Positions 38,629-53,500 of a DNA stretch of 64,000 nt are shown one piece after another (the stretch's first letter is position 1; every line of letters begins with the position of its first letter). The stretch covers positions 174,468,001-174,532,000 of the forward strand of contig OX597814.1 in NCBI GenBank assembly GCA_951406725.2, given 5' to 3'. The notes below the pieces were generated by a model. It ran no database searches, had not been told where the DNA came from, and worked only from the letters and a program-made list of their open reading frames with translations. Made by a program: the position numbers and the translations under genes. This DNA comes from Octopus vulgaris (Eukaryota).

Positions 38629-39850
38629 CTGTAGACCCATAATCAGAGGCAGTTCGTCCATGACTATCCCCTCTTATTTTCATCCACAGGTGTGGTTGTG
38701 TGGTTGAGAAACTTACTTCCCAACCATGTAGTACTTTGGATGAGTACACGGCACTTTGGGTCAGTGTTTTCTTCTATAGCCCTGGGCCAACCAAATCCTC
38801 ATGAGTAAATTTGGTTGACGGAAAGTGAAAGAAGTCTGTGTGTGATGTATTCTTGTCTAGACATCACATGATGATTGTAAATGAGTATCATCATATAAGC
38901 AAGGTTGTTTATTTCCAGTCTTCTGTGAAGAACATATCTAGGTATGAGAAATACTTATCTTGCTTGGAAACAGGTTGAGGGTTGGCAATGGGAAGGGTAT
39001 TTGGCCATAGAAAATCTACCTCAACTAATTCCATCTGACCCATGCAAACATTGAAAAGTGAACAGGAAATGATAATGATTCTCTTATATGTCCTTGAATA
39101 TGATTGGAAGAAGATTTTTTGTTATTTCCAGCAGTTTATGCAACCACAGAGACTCTCTCATTGGCCTACAAAATGATGAAAGTGACACAATGGAAATTTT
39201 CATTCAATTTCCATGTATGAAAAATATTTAAAATACTGTATCACAACATATTATTATGTAATAATCTGTTTTGATTTGGCTCATTAATATTATGTGTAAC
39301 AGCTGTGCTTTTACCATAATTTTTATAAATGTAGCCTATTTAAAGGTTAAAAGATAGTAGTTAAGCTGATAATATATAAACTAGATTTAACAGCTTGTGT
39401 ATTTCTAAATATCCTTGATTTTTACCATCGATGATGATCATTATTATACAGTAAGCAATAAAGAGATGATTAGAGATTTTTATGCTGTGAGAAACAAACA
39501 GTTAGTAAATGACATATCTTTTCCTTTATGCCAACAAATGCAGGAGACAACCCATGACATGTTTTGGTTTTATTATGACCTCATATTGACAATATTTGTC
39601 AAAGTAGGGAAGTAGTGATGAGAGACTCACTAAATACAAAATATTGTACACTGGTTAACATAGAAAATTTGTTTAATGTTTATTACTTAACTGAAAACGG
39701 GGCAAGTTGACAGAATCCTTAGTTTTTCATTTTTGATTCTCTACATTCTCTGATCAAATCCAACTAAAGTTGACTTTATTGTTCTTCCCTTTGGTGTCAG
39801 TAAAATCTGTTAGTAAGCTACAACAGTGATGATTCAATTGGCTGCACTAT

Positions 39851-40108
39851 CATCATCATCATCATCATCATCATCATCGTTTAACGTCCGTTTTCCATGC
39901 TAGCATGGGTTGGACGGTTCAACTGGGGTCTGGGAAGCCAGAAGGCTGCGCCAGGCCCAGTCTGATCTGGCAGTGTTTCTACAGCTGGATGCCCTTCCTA
40001 ACGCCAACCACTCCGTGAGTGTAGTGGGTGCTTTTTACTTGCCACCTGCACAGGTGCCAGACGAAGCTGGCAAACGGCCACGATCGGATGGTGCTTTTTA
40101 CGTGCCAC
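39851..40108 (-). mobile_element. Family C retroelement
   Basis: (GAT)n tail and shared core. Confidence 0.85.
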
Positions 40109-41258
40109 AGGTTTTATTCATTGGTTTAGTCTGGAGAAAGGTGCTGTGCCCATGGCTCTTGCTGGCACTCCTTGTAAGATCAACATTCTTTCTGAAATAG
40201 CTGCTTGTCAATAACGAGAAAAATCTGTAGGGAAGGAATTTCAGGAGGACTGCCGTTCTTGAGAGGAAAAGGCTGGGTGTAGTAGTTAGTGGAGAGCCTA
40301 GTCAGAGGAAATGAGGGTTCAAAAGAATTCTACCAATGTTTAGAATTGAAATATGAACTATGTGATTGCTGATTAGGGGCAATATTGATAGGGTTTCTGA
40401 TTCCTAGTTCAATTACATTATTTCTTAATCAGATTATGGTAACTGACTTTGCCTTGATCCTTTCTTAATACTTGGTAGCAGATACCAATATTACAGTTTT
40501 AGTTGATAAGATTTGTAATTAAATTCTAATCTACATCCTGTATCATATCATCTAAGGGCCAATGAAGGTATCAGATTCATAGAGATTAATATTTTCAGGT
40601 CCATGTAACCCATGCTAACTTGGTAAAAAAAGAACAAATGAGATTATGACTAATATACCTTTGTTCCTAAGTCTTCTTGATTAAGGTTGACCTGACACTT
40701 GAAAAAACAGGCGTTAAAATCATAATGATAATGCTAGGTCTATTCTGATAAAGGCAAGACAAGTTTGTTCAAGTAGCCATATACAGTGTAATTAAAACTT
40801 TGAAAGAGAGGCTTGAATTGCAATAAATAATTTTCAATTTAATCTTTCGTTATATCTAGTTCTTTAAAACTAGGATAGTCACAGCTGTTGTTGGTGTAAA
40901 TACAATTTTTGACAGTTGCCATAACCTTATCTTTTGAATAAAGAGTTTATATTTCTTGTTACAACTGGTCACTGAGATAATATAGAAAGAATTTTGGTCA
41001 GTATATTGATTGCCTGTCTCTTGAAAAAGAACAGGACTACCTTTCAAATATGACCATTCCTCTAGTAGATAAATATTTTTTTCTCTTTAGAGCAAGGATG
41101 GTGCAGGACATGGCTATGTGGTTAAGGATTTCATTTTGCATCCACATGGTTTTGAGTTCAATCCCATGGCACTTTGAGCAAGTGTCTTCTCCCATAGCTT
41201 TGGGCTGACTGATGTTTCCTAAGTGAAATTTGATACATGGAAACTTATACAGAAGCCC

Positions 41259-41292
<34 letters not shown>

Positions 41293-44200
41293 TGGCCATC
41301 AGTTATGTAGTTTATGTATCTCAAGCAATACCTCCTGCTTTGTAGTTTGATGTGCATAGACACAGAATAAAGTATATTTCTTGAAAACAATCAAAGGTTG
41401 GCGTCAAGGAGAGAATCTGACTTGCAGGACTGCCTCAGGAAGCCTTGCCCATCTTTTGTCAGCATAGAGAAAATGGACATAAAAGTGAACTAATAAACTA
41501 TAAGACTGCTACAAACAATAACCATGTGATAGCTATTGTCAGGATGATTGCTCTGATTAACTGTGATAATAAATGGCCAACAAATGAAAATAAAAATCAA
41601 TTGTTTATCACAAGGATCTACAGAGCTAGAGATTAACATCCTAACATTAGTTTCATTAACACTACATAGATTGAAGATAAATTTCTACTTAGATATGCAC
41701 TGGTTTGACACAAAGAATTGAACTTAGCATTTTAAGCCAATGGAATTCTTGTCACTTACATAAATTACCATTCATGAATTACGACTATTCATTTACACAT
41801 GTTTCACAGGTAAAATACAAATACAAGCTTGGTGCCTACCAGGAATAAGATTACCAAAACTGACTCCCTTGCCTTTCTACTTTTCATTACTCTTTAACAT
41901 CTCCACACTTCCAGTTCCATGCCAACTATTATGCTTAGTTTTTTCTACCTAGAACATTGATTCTCTAGAATCATCTATCTACTCATATCCATCCTGCAAC
42001 AGTTTAAACTGAACATTAAAGGCATCAAGCTCACTGGCCTTGATGTACCTTCAAAAGTCATGGACACTGTTCCTTCCTCAGCAAAGAAAAGAAAGCACAC
42101 AATGTAACTAACACCCTTCATCTCATTTCTCTTCTTTAAAATGAGTTTTCTATCATTTTGTTTTCATCATGATTATCTTCATTTTTGCATTAGTTTTCCA
42201 TACTGGCATGGGTTGGATGGGTTGTCATGTTCCAAATCAGTCTTTATTCAGTCACCAACCTCTTATAATGGGTTAGAGAATCAGGTCTCCCTTTCACACC
42301 TCTGATTTTTGACATGATTTTTACAATTTTATCTACCATCTCACCTTCCGTCCAGCTAGAACCTTACCTCAGCCACTGATAATTGTCTTTTGACAAGATG
42401 TGTTTAGAGACACAAGGCCTTCTCTCTTGCAATTTTCAAAAGAAAGAGCCTGAAATCAAGAGAATTTACCCTAGTATTTTACTGGTACATATTTGATGGA
42501 AGAGAAATAAAAGGCAAAATTCAGCCCATTGAGATTTGAGCTCACAAAAATAAAACACTTCTCATTTTTTTTTTTATTAAAAATAATTTTAAATATTATT
42601 TGTTTTATATGTTGTCTTTGTAGTCTTATTAATTTTCACTAATTTTTTTTCCATATTTACATGAATGGAATTAGCTTTTGTAAATCTAGACATTTGTATA
42701 TTATTGGCCTTTTTTAAATATGTATTTACCCCTCTTGCTGTTACTCTCTCTCAACGATGATGTCATATTGTTCGGATTTACAGGGTATTGGACTACAGTG
42801 CCTTTACTTGGTCATTCAACATACTATAAATAGCAGCCGAATATTCAATACCTGAGAAAAGAACAGTGGTTATGGCTGGAATGGCTACAGGTTGCCAATA
42901 CCTGGTCTATATGCATATCTTGTGGTGCACCTGAGCACTGTATACAATAATTTCATTATAATCTGTACAGCTAAATGTAATAAAAATAGTTAGCTAAAGT
43001 TTAGAGTAATGGGCCAAATGGCATAAATTAGCAGAGAAAAATATTAAGTGTGATTAAGCAATAATCCTATTAAGATTAATTTCATGTTTGTATAGTTTCG
43101 AGAAGATCAGTTACCAATGAATTACATTCATGTACAATAACAGTTAATACAAACAATAATTGTTTTTTTATCAAGCAAATCTTTTCCTATTGACAAAATT
43201 TTATGTAGTAAACATTTTATTTATAGAATAGTTAAATTGTTTTCTACTTGAAACTAACCAATCCCTGGCAGTAAAGCCTGCAGAAGAAATAGCTTATAAC
43301 TCTGATAAGTAGTTATTTATTTCTTAAAAATTTTGCTATTAAAAACTAAACCGGATTGGTTTCTGTTTAGTTGAGTTCTGAGATTCAGTTCCCCATATAT
43401 CTACAGCAAAAGTGATAAATCGGTTGGGTCAAACTGACAGATGAATTACCTTACTGTATTTAGTTGCACCCTTTTATGTTCTGACTTTGAATTTTGACAA
43501 CATTGGTTGTTCCTTTCATTTTCTCCATGCATATCATCTCTTTTTCCATGCTGGCATGGGTTGGACAGTTTAACACGAACTGACAAGCCAGAGGGTTGTG
43601 CAAATCTCCATTGTCGGCTTTGGCATGGTTTCTACAGCTGGATGCCCTTCCTAATGTCATCTACTTCACAGAGTGTACTAGGTGCCTTTTTCATGGTACC
43701 AGCACCAAGTACTCATAAGACAAGGCTCTTCAACTGGGTTGGGTACAGTATTGCGGGACATAAAATATGATAGAGGAGCAGGAGCAAAGTGTCTTGCTGA
43801 AGAGGTAAAGACATGGTTTCTCTATTTGGAAAGAGAGAGATATAAGATCAAAGTACAAGACAAATATGAGAAAATGGATAAAGGAACAGAAAAGGTGGGT
43901 GGTCAGTTAAATGCACTGGAGTTGAAGTAATGCAACAAATGATTAGAGATGAGGACTGAACTGGACACAGTGATTATCAGTTTGGGAGAGGGGCTTGCTA
44001 AGGTTAATAAAATAAGGTACCAGTAAAATACTGGGGTAGATTTAATTAGCCATTACCATCCCTCAGAATTTGTGGTTGTGGAGTCAGTATTAGAAATCAT
44101 TAATGTCTCATGAGAAAGAACTATTGGCATTTCTATTGAGTTATGTTATCTGTCAGTTATAGGTAAGAAGCCTGAACCCACAATTATGCTATATTCTAGT

Positions 44201-44304
44201 ATTTTACCAAAATATTTGTGCCACTTGAAAACTGCTTAGAATAATATAGGGTGCGCTCTGTACCCCATATATTGTTTGTTAAATTTTTTTTTTGTCTTTA
44301 ATAT

Positions 44305-44690
44305 AGATGTAGGAGTGGCTGTGTGGTAAGTAACTTGCTTATGAACCACATAGTTCTGGGTTCAGTCCCACTTGCGTGGCACCTTCGGCGAGTGTCTTCT
44401 ACTTTAGCCTCAGGCCAACCAAAGCCTTATGAGTGGATTTGGTAGGCAGAAACTGAAAGAAGCCCGTCATATATATATATGTTTGTGTGTCTGTGTTTGT
44501 CCCCCCCAACATCGCTTGACAACCTATGCTGGTGTGTTTATGTCCCCGTAACTTAGCAGTTTGGCAAAAGAGACCGATAGAATAAGTACTAGGCTTACAA
44601 AGAATAAGTCCTGGGGTCAATTTGCTCGACTAAAGGCGGTGCTCCAGCATGGCTGCAGTCAAATGACTGAAACAAGTAAAAGAGTAGAGT
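44305..44690 (+). mobile_element. SINE family B
   Basis: Full-length copy. Confidence 0.9.
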
Positions 44691-45914
44691 AGAGTAATAG
44701 TTTGGCTTGATTTATGGTTAACAATATTTTATGATCACTGTTATAAAAAGCTTATCCATGCCTAAATTGGACTACTATAATCTAATGCCAATTGTCAATG
44801 ACTTCAGGTGGTTTCTGCAACTAAAAGCTTTCAAAACTTTCTATCAGTGATGTTGTTGTTGTTATTATTATGTTTCAGTTGTCAGCTAAATGAATTTGCT
44901 GTTATCTACCAAAGTATAACTTACCAAGTGTGTCAGCAACTCTAAAAGCTAGCCTTGCTGGTACATTTGATCAATGCACGTACTTGTGGCTAAACTATAT
45001 CTTGGAGATAGGCATGGGAATTAAAAATTAACAGATGAAGCAATTTGCTATAAGCTGTCAGCATATTTTGTGTTGCCCTACTTGTATTAATTTATAGTAA
45101 CACTTTTCTTGACTAAGTGTTTATCAACATACCTTTGAAAATTTATCATACTTATGATTAAACTGTCAAATTTGGCTCACCCAGTGCATTATGAGATTCT
45201 CAAGTGCTATCACCATTCTCACCTAGTTACTTGTAGTTTTTGTAATCCCTTGATCAGCTAAGAATAGCAGCTAAATATCCTTTGAATCAAATGCCACCAC
45301 TTTAAAGGACACACAGTAGATACTAAAGTCCCAGGTATCATCCGAAAGATGAAGTGGCAACAAGTTAGAATACCTTTGATCATAGGTCAACTGGATCAGG
45401 GCTGACTTGGAGCAAAACAACAACCTACCTACTTAAAGTCTCCATGTGATGATTCGACCTGCTAAAAATAGCAGCCAAATCAATATCAAATTATACTGTT
45501 CTTAAAAATAGCAAAAAAAAAAAAGGGGGAGTGGCAAGGGCATGTTAAATTATGTAGTCCTAGATACACAAGGTATGAAATTAAAATGCAATAGTTGGGG
45601 CTAGAAAGCCTCTTTAGTCATAGGTTTGTTTATCAGTGCTGACTAAAGAACAATAACAATTTGCCCAGCTTATTCATCTCAACTCTACAGGTTACTTGAC
45701 AGCCCAACAAGTCCATTACTTTACTAGGTTTATTTAGCTTTTCATCCCTTTGAAACTTAATATATTTAAGAGCAGCAAATGACAAAATTTCAGAGAATCG
45801 GACAAAATATCTTGTAGTTGTTATTGTTGTTCAGTTTCAAATCTACCTTGATTGAGCAAACCTATAATTGAAGGCTTTCTGGTCTCATTGGAAATTATTT
45901 GTTTTCATATTTAA

Positions 45915-46121
45915 TCCTTTAGCATTCAGATTATTCTCTCATATATAATGCTTATTTATCCACATTGCTTTGAATTAATCATGCATTATCTCGTAGCTTC
46001 CATATTTCGATGATGTGATTTTTTAGTTTAAGAATAACCCTGTAAGAGGCCAGATCTGGTTGGTTTGAACATAAGAGGTTGGATATTTGGACCAGATATG
46101 GCCAGTTTAAATGCTAAAGGG
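45915..46121. mobile_element. piggyBac-type MITE, second family
   Basis: TTAA|TCCTTTAGCATT ... AATGCTAAAGGG|TTAA. Confidence 0.75.
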
Positions 46122-46702
46122 TTAAACTAGTAATCTGATTTGAGGAAAATTTTGCTGCTGTTTCTAGCAGATCTAGTGACCATATAGAGTCTCCTTGTCA
46201 GTTGGTTATATCCCTTTATGTTTTTAGTTCAAGTACTGCTATGGTCAGCTTTGTCTTTCTCTTTCTTCTAAGTTAATAAAATAAGAACTAGTCAGGTACT
46301 TATGTACTTGAATCCAATATAATCGACTATACCTGTGAAGGCAACAACCTTGCTTGGTTGCAATTGGATGATTGTAATCAATAAAAGAAAATAAGGTAGT
46401 GTTGTGTGTTTATTTCCTTAAGATATTTTCTTATTGTTTGTGTTGTTTAACTCTGAGTCAGCCCTTACCAAGCTGGCTTACAATTAAGGTATTCTAATCT
46501 TTGATATGGTAAGATATTATCTGATAGATCTTGCTGCTATTTCTACCAGATCCAGTGACCTAGCAGAGGCTCTCTCTAAGTTAACCCTAATCAACTATTA
46601 AATCTTGACTACATCTTTTTAGAACTATCTAGGATTGCATTATCCAATGTGCCTTCTGTAAAAAGAAAAAGACAATGAGGTGTTTTATTTGAGGTAAATT
46701 TA

Positions 46703-47200
46703 CTGTAAATCTTCGAGTATGATCCACCCTTGAGTATAATACGCAGGGGATTTTTAGGGGGCGTACCTCTGAAAAACCTAAACCATGTGTATAATACGCA
46801 CCCCTTCTCTAACTTGAGTCAAGGAGGTCTATATAACGTCCTTGGTTTGTATAAATGTATACGGTAACATCCTTTATTATTATTGTATATATAACATAAT
46901 GTAAACGTGTAGCTTTTTTGTGCATTTTGTTTGCAGAAAATAAAGAAATAAAAGTAATAACATTTAATAAATGTTGCTTATTGCAAGTTATGGCCAATTC
47001 TTTTATGACTTCATTGCTTTCAGGCTTAGCTTAAGGTATTTTCGCGCCCGATATCACAAAGTGCGTCTGAGTAAACATAGCCAGACAGAAAATAGAGACT
47101 CGGACATTACTTAGAAAATAATTTTCATTTTTAACCTCATATATAGTATGCACTAGGGATTTTGGGGAAAAAAATGTGGATTATACTTGAGGATTTTGGG
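46703..47200. mobile_element. Tc1/pogo-type MITE (CCGTAAATCCTCGAGTATAATCC-like TIR), copy 1
   Basis: TA at left flank; homologous to 58087-58843. Confidence 0.8.
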
Positions 47201-47395
47201 TTACTGCTGTTTAAACTGGTTGATTGACCATTTAGAGGTTTTCCTTTTTTAGCAAAGTTACATGAATCTGTGACTGGTAACACACTAACAAAAATTTATA
47301 CATGTTTTCTGAGCTATGTATGATTTGAAGAGCTGATATAAATACAATTCTTCATTTTAAATGACTTTGCACTTACATTTAAATTTATCAAGAAT

Positions 47396-47793
47396 GCTCT
47401 TTTACTTGTTTCAGTAATTTGACTGTGGCCATGCTGGAGCACCACCTTTAGTTGAGTAAATCGACCCCAGGACTTATTCTTTGGAAGTCTAGTACTTACT
47501 CTATTGGTCTCTTTTGCCAAATCACTAAGTTACGGGGATGTAATCACACCAGCATCGCTTGTCATGTGATACTGGGGGATGGGGGACAAGCATACACACA
47601 CACACACACATACACACACACACATATATATATATATACGACGGGCTTCTTTCAGTTTCTGTCTACCAAATCCACTCACAAGGCTTTGGTCGGTCCAAGG
47701 CTATAGTAGAAGACACCCAAGGTGCCACGCAGTGGGACTGAACCCAGAACTGTGTGGTTCGTAAGCAAGCTACTTACCACACAGCCACTCCTA
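47396..47793 (-). mobile_element. SINE family B
   Basis: Full-length reverse copy. Confidence 0.9.
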
Positions 47794-48171
47794 CTCTTGC
47801 TTTCTAGTTTATTTGTGTACCAGTTAAAATTTATGAGCCCATTCGTAAATGTAGGAGTTTTCTTAATGGGTTGTCATAATAACTGTCAGTAACCAAAGCA
47901 ACAACAGTATTGGCACATACAGCTAATTGTGTAACTGACTTATGATATATGGGACATGGTATTTATAACATTAAATAAAATACCTACGCATGATCAATCA
48001 TTTGGTAGAAAAGGAGTCATTTGACAAAGATAATGGGAAATAATATACAATTAGTGTGTATGTGTGTGTGTGTGTGTGTAATCGACATATAAGAATTTAT
48101 AAACTTTTGAGAGAACTTGAAATAATTCTTTTTTTTTTCCTATCCACAAGGAATTTTCAACTCAGTATTTA

Positions 48172-48588
48172 TAGGCAGCGAGCTGGCAGAAATGTTAGCA
48201 CGCTGGGCGAAATGCTTAGCAGTATTTTGTCTGCCGTTACGTTCTGAGTTCAAATTCCGCCGAGGTCGACTTTGCCTTTCATCCTTTCGGGGTCGATAAA
48301 TTAAGTCCCAGTTACACACTGGGGTCGATGTAATTGACTTGATCCATTTGTCTGTCCTTGTTTGTCTCCTCTGTGTTTAGCACCTTGTGGGTAGTAAAGA
48401 AATAAGTATTTCATCTGTCTCTACATTTTGAGTTCAAATTCCCCCGAGGTCGACTTTACCTTTCATCCTTTCGGGGTCAATAACTTAAGTACCAGTTACA
48501 CACTGGGGTCGATGTAATCGACTTAATCCATTTGTCTATCCTTGTTTGTCCCCTCTGTGTTTAGCCCTTTGTGGTTAGTAAAGAAGTA
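48172..48588 (+). mobile_element. SINE family A tandem (full copy + 5'-truncated copy)
   Basis: Single 13-bp TSD AGTATTTATAGGC at 48164 and 48589. Confidence 0.9.
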
Positions 48589-49146
48589 AGTATTTATAGG
48601 CTGCTATTTATAAGCTTTATGCATGCTTTGGGATCCAGTTCCCAAAAAAAGAAGTGTGCGTGTGTGTGTACATACATACACACACACACACTGCCAAGGA
48701 TATTTGAGGACACTTAATCAATATATTATCCCCTTTAAACCAATTAAAAGGTTTTTATTTCTTTCTGATCCCTCATGGTAGACAAACTACTAACACAAAT
48801 GAAGATATGCAGTCATTGTTGCCACATGTGTGATTTAGAAATTGCTAACTTTCTAAATGTTGCAAGATCTTTTGTACACAAAATTCAGATAGAATTAGAA
48901 GACTGGAAATGCATCAACTGTATCAATGAGGGGAAAAAAAAAACATTCTAAATGTTTGGATACTATAATGACCCTGCAATTCCTCCACTAGCTTCAAAAC
49001 ATTATCAGGGATGACCCCAGAAAATTACTGGAGGCTATCACCCGAAAGCTTCAGGTGTTGGAGTAGACTATTAAAATTATGGTGCACATCTGACACAAAA
49101 TGTATATTCTGAGGAAAGGCCAATTTATATCTGCAAAAACACAGGA

Positions 49147-49552
49147 GGTAAGTAGCTTGCTTACGAACCACATGGTTCCAGGTTCATTCCCACTGTGTGG
49201 CACCTTGGGCAAGTGTCTTCTATTATAGACTTGGGCTGACCAAAGCCTTGTGAGTGGATTTGGTAGACGGAAACTGAAAGAACCCGTCGTATATGTGTGT
49301 GTGTGTATATATATATATATATGTGTGTATGTGTGTGTATACATTTGTGTGTTTGTGTTTGTCCCCCCAACATTGCTTGACAACCGATGCTGGTGTGTTT
49401 ACGTCCTCGTAACTTAGTGGTTCAGCAAAAGAGGCCAATAGAATAAGTACTAGGCTTACAAAGAATAAGTCCTGGGGTCGATTTGCTCGACTAAAGGCGG
49501 TGCTCCAGCATGGCCACAGTCAAATGACTGAAACAAGTTAAAGAGTAAAAGA
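49147..49552 (+). mobile_element. SINE family B
   Basis: Homology. Confidence 0.9.
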
Positions 49553-49559
49553 GAGAGAG

Positions 49560-50030
49560 GAAAACCATTTGATCCATGTCAAGCAGTTCCTTGACAAAGC
49601 TAAAAACCGTCACAGGAGAAATGACAGACGGTTAGTGTGCATCACTGTGGACATCAGAAGGATCTGCACATAAGTTTCCAGCAACTGTGATGGTTTTAGA
49701 AGTGGTGAGGAATGAAGGTCATGTCATACCACCTCACATCTTTCCACAGGATTTTAGAATTAATGTTACTGGCATGATGAGGTGCTGGAGACAATTGGTA
49801 AGTCCTGGATGGATCAAGTACACAGTAGAAGGCCAGTCATGTTTCAATAAAACTCAACACCTACTCGCATAGAAGATGTGTCCCAAGAATGGATGTCAGA
49901 CAATCTTTATTGTAGCACCAAACTTGTGGCCTCCAAACTCACCAGATTTAAATTCCTTGGAATAGTGTCAAAAAGATAAATTGACATCCTTACAATACCA
50001 TAGATTTTGTGAAGGCTGCTATTGTCCAGA
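49560..50030 (+). mobile_element. Tc1/mariner (maT/DD37D-like) transposase fragment
   Basis: KFPATVMVLEVVRNEGHVIPPHIFPQ and LWPPNSPDLNSLE, frameshifted. Confidence 0.75.
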
Positions 50031-50275
50031 ATTGGACTATAACACAACATACACACAACATAACACAATGTACACAACATAGCCCCCTTCCTTCTTCATC
50101 CCTTCTTACAGACTATATATAATCTACTAGATTTTGTTTGCTACCTTTCAGTTACTATGGAATTTCTGTATTCACTACTGGTATGTGCTTACCTGTATAT
50201 TTTTATATTGGAACTATACCATTGAAACCATAATAATTGTTTCATCCTGGTATTCATTTCTAGAAAGTTGTCTGT

Positions 50276-50276
50276 G

Positions 50277-50309
<33 letters not shown>

Positions 50310-50668
50310 TTATATATATATATATACACACATATGCCCATACACACACATATACACGCATACATACACACATGTATACATACACACATACATACACACA
50401 CATACATACATACACATACATACACACACATACATATACACACACATATTCATATACATACACACATGCACATATACACACACACATATACACACGCACA
50501 TACACATATACACACGCACATATGCACACGCACATACACACACACACATACACACGCACACATACACATGCACATATACACATGCACATATACACATGCA
50601 CATATACACACGCACATATACACACACACATATACACACACACATATATACATAAGCACATGCATATA
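50276..50668. repeat. Compound (CA)/(TA)/(CATG) microsatellite
   Basis: Direct observation. Confidence 0.95.
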
Positions 50669-51034
50669 TAATCTAGGTTGCTATGTGTAATTATTGTTTT
50701 CTCTGAGCATATGTGTGCATTCATGTGAATAATTGATTCACTGAGGTCACTTATAGAGGAAGACAAAAGGAAGACTCAACAAGATATTGAAGATATTGAA
50801 GATGAGACTGTTGATGCTTACACATATGATCCACAACTGAGATGCAGGGAGAGGTAATGGAAACTAGATGCATTCAGTTGATACCAGAATAGGTAGGAAA
50901 GGTGTATGTAATGGAAGGACAATGAAATTAGGGATTTATAGTTATTAGTTTGATTTTCAGATTGATTCTCCCTTGTATGTTTTCAGGAAATCATAGAGTA
51001 TCACCTCTGATATAGAAAGTAAAAGATAAATATA

Positions 51035-51257
51035 TTACTTTTACTTGTTTCAGTCATTTGACTGTAGCCATGCTGGAGCACCGCCTTTAATCGAACAAAT
51101 CGACCCCAGGACTTATTCTTTGTAAGCCTAGTGCTTATTCTATCGGTCTCTTTTGCCGAACCGCTAAGTTACAAGGATGTAAACACATCAGCATTGGTTG
51201 TCAAGTGATGTTGGTGGGTGGGGGAGACAAATACAGAAACACATACACACACACACG

Positions 51258-51303
<46 letters not shown>

Positions 51304-51799
51304 AGATAAGAAAATGGAGAAATACATCTAAATCAAATATCAATTGCCAGATAATACTCAATCACATACTTTATTAAACCACCACATAAGAGACTGTAGG
51401 GTTAAATATAAAAGGTTTAATAAAGTATTAGTAATTTGTGGTAAATCATTTTACCTTTGCCCATATAATACAGTAAATGAATTGATTGCATCGCAATCAT
51501 TAACATTTATGTATTAACTTTGTTGGGTACTTCACTAGCAGTATATTGGATATACGTTATCCCATAGAGGGTTGCATTTACAACCCCTATCTCAATTTGT
51601 ATATATATATATATGACCTCGCGTGTACCGTTGGCGATTTTTTTTCCTCTGTCTTCCCTTCTCTGGATCTTTCCTTCTATGTTTCCGATGAAGAGCTCTG
51701 CTCGAAACGTTAAATCCTCCCTCTTTCCTTAGCGTCTAATAATACTATATATGTTTCACGTCCTCGCGTTGTGTTTTTTTTGTGCTTTCTTGTTTGGAT

Positions 51800-51836
<37 letters not shown>

Positions 51837-51998
51837 CAGGCTTCTTTCAGTTTCCATCTACCAAATCCACTCTCAAGGCTTTGGTTGGCTTGAGGCTATA
51901 GTAGAAGACACTTGCCCAAGGTGCCACGCAGTGGGACTGAACCCAGAACCATGTGGCCGGTAAGCAAGCTACTTACCACACGGTCACTCATACGCCTA
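51035..51998 (-). mobile_element. SINE B split by two insertions in its (TA)n linker
   Basis: Tail 51035-51240, head 51832-51998, foreign blocks 51301-51600 and 51615-51804. Confidence 0.8.
51615..51804 (+). mobile_element. Minimal-hammerhead element, copy 2
   Basis: GTTT-CCGATGA-A-GAGC-TCT-GCTC-GAAACGTT-AAAT at 51681-51715; (TA)n both sides. Confidence 0.65.
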
Positions 51999-52324
51999 TG
52001 TATGGAATCAGTTGATAATTCACTGATAACTCAGTTTCATGCATTTAAACTAATATATGTATGTTTGTTTGTTTGTGTGGTGGGTGTAATGAGCATATTG
52101 TACACAATGCTCATGTGCACTGCAATTTGGAAAAGCTTAGAAGGCAACATAAAGTGGCTATGTAGGTCAAATTAAGAAAGACAGCAATGAAAGCTTAAAG
52201 TACATCCACAGTACATCAAATAAAACAATATTTCCAGAAGTGGACATTAAAAGAGCCATGATTAGTACAGCAGAGTTCTTAGGAATAGCGTCAGCAAATT
52301 TCAGGAAGCACAAAACTTTTGAAG

Positions 52325-52505
52325 GATGGCATGTAAAAGCACCCACTACACTCTCGGAGTGGTTGGCATTAGGAAGGGCATCCAGCTGTAGAAATTCTGC
52401 TAGATCAGATTGGAGTCTGGTGCAGCCATCTGGTTCACCAGACCATAGTCAAATCGTCCAACCCATGCTAGCATGGAAAGCGGACATTAAATGATGATGA
52501 TGATG
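52325..52505 (+). mobile_element. Family C retroelement
   Basis: GTTGGCATTAGGAAGGGCATCCAGCTGTAGAAA core, (GAT)n tail. Confidence 0.8.
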
Positions 52506-53500
52506 AATGTCCTGAAAGCTGCAACTGACAGGAATAGTTTATTCCACGCTTCAACAATTCTAAGCATGAAAGAATGTTTTCAAAGGTCTTGCCTGTTTTT
52601 TTTTTTCCATCTTATAAGCATGTCTATGAGTGGTAGGCATTGCATTAAAACAAGTGGCTAAAGTTGTTGTAAAGATGGTGAGTAGTTTTGTGGGTTTCTA
52701 ATAAGTCAACTGCTAGACAATGAAACTTTAGTGTGACAATGCCAGAGAAACATTATGTCCATGAATTAGTAAAGTGACTGGTAGAGTGTAATTTGTCTGG
52801 TTACACATTTCTGGATAACTTTCAGTAGATTGATATTCTGAACAAGATGTTGGATCCAGACTAGTGATGCAAACTGTAAGTGTGAGCGTACCAAATAATA
52901 ATAATAATAATAATGAAATTATTGTATACAGTGCTCAAGTGCACCACAACTTGTCAAAAGTGCTTATAAAGCATATGCAGTAATGTACAAATGTCTGGAA
53001 AGTGAACAGTGTATGAGTCAGATACATGCTGGCGTGTATATGGAGGGGAGAAAATCAGGTGTAGTGTTGGTGAATCTCAGGAAGCATGGAAGTTTTGAAG
53101 GATGCAGTGCTCAGTTTTAAATAGATAGTTGGTGAGCAGCTGACAAAGGTCTTATTGAGTGCTGATGCTAAGACACTTTCAGCCTTTTTGACAATTTTAG
53201 AAATGTGGTTTGTTTGATGCAGACCATTGACAATAATGACCAGCTCACATTCCCCTGCAGATATCTTAAGGTTGGTATGAAAGCAGCAGGTAAATTCTAG
53301 AAATGATTGAAGCTATATCCAAACTGAAAAACTCCAGTTATTAAAACAGTAATATTTCCTAAATGGAAATCAGAGATAATGTCTAACTGCTGTCATTGGA
53401 GAAACTTCTTGGATAGCTTCTATAAGCCTAAAAAAAACTAAAGTGCCTATAATTTACATCTACAGCCATCAGATTTTGCAAACATTATATTGTAGTTTCC
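52506..53500 (-). mobile_element. CR1-like LINE 3' fragment interrupted by a second (TTA)n-tailed LINE end (52894-53112)
   Basis: HISKIVKKAESVL, LVRSHLQFASLVW..NINLLKVIQKCVTR, HSFMLRIVEAWNKL. Confidence 0.75.

Noticed and set aside
50757-50853. Exon-like EEDKRKTQQDIEDIEDETVDAYTYDP
   Set aside because: Poor polypyrimidine tract; equally explained as a decayed RTE 3' end (RGR..KT motif).
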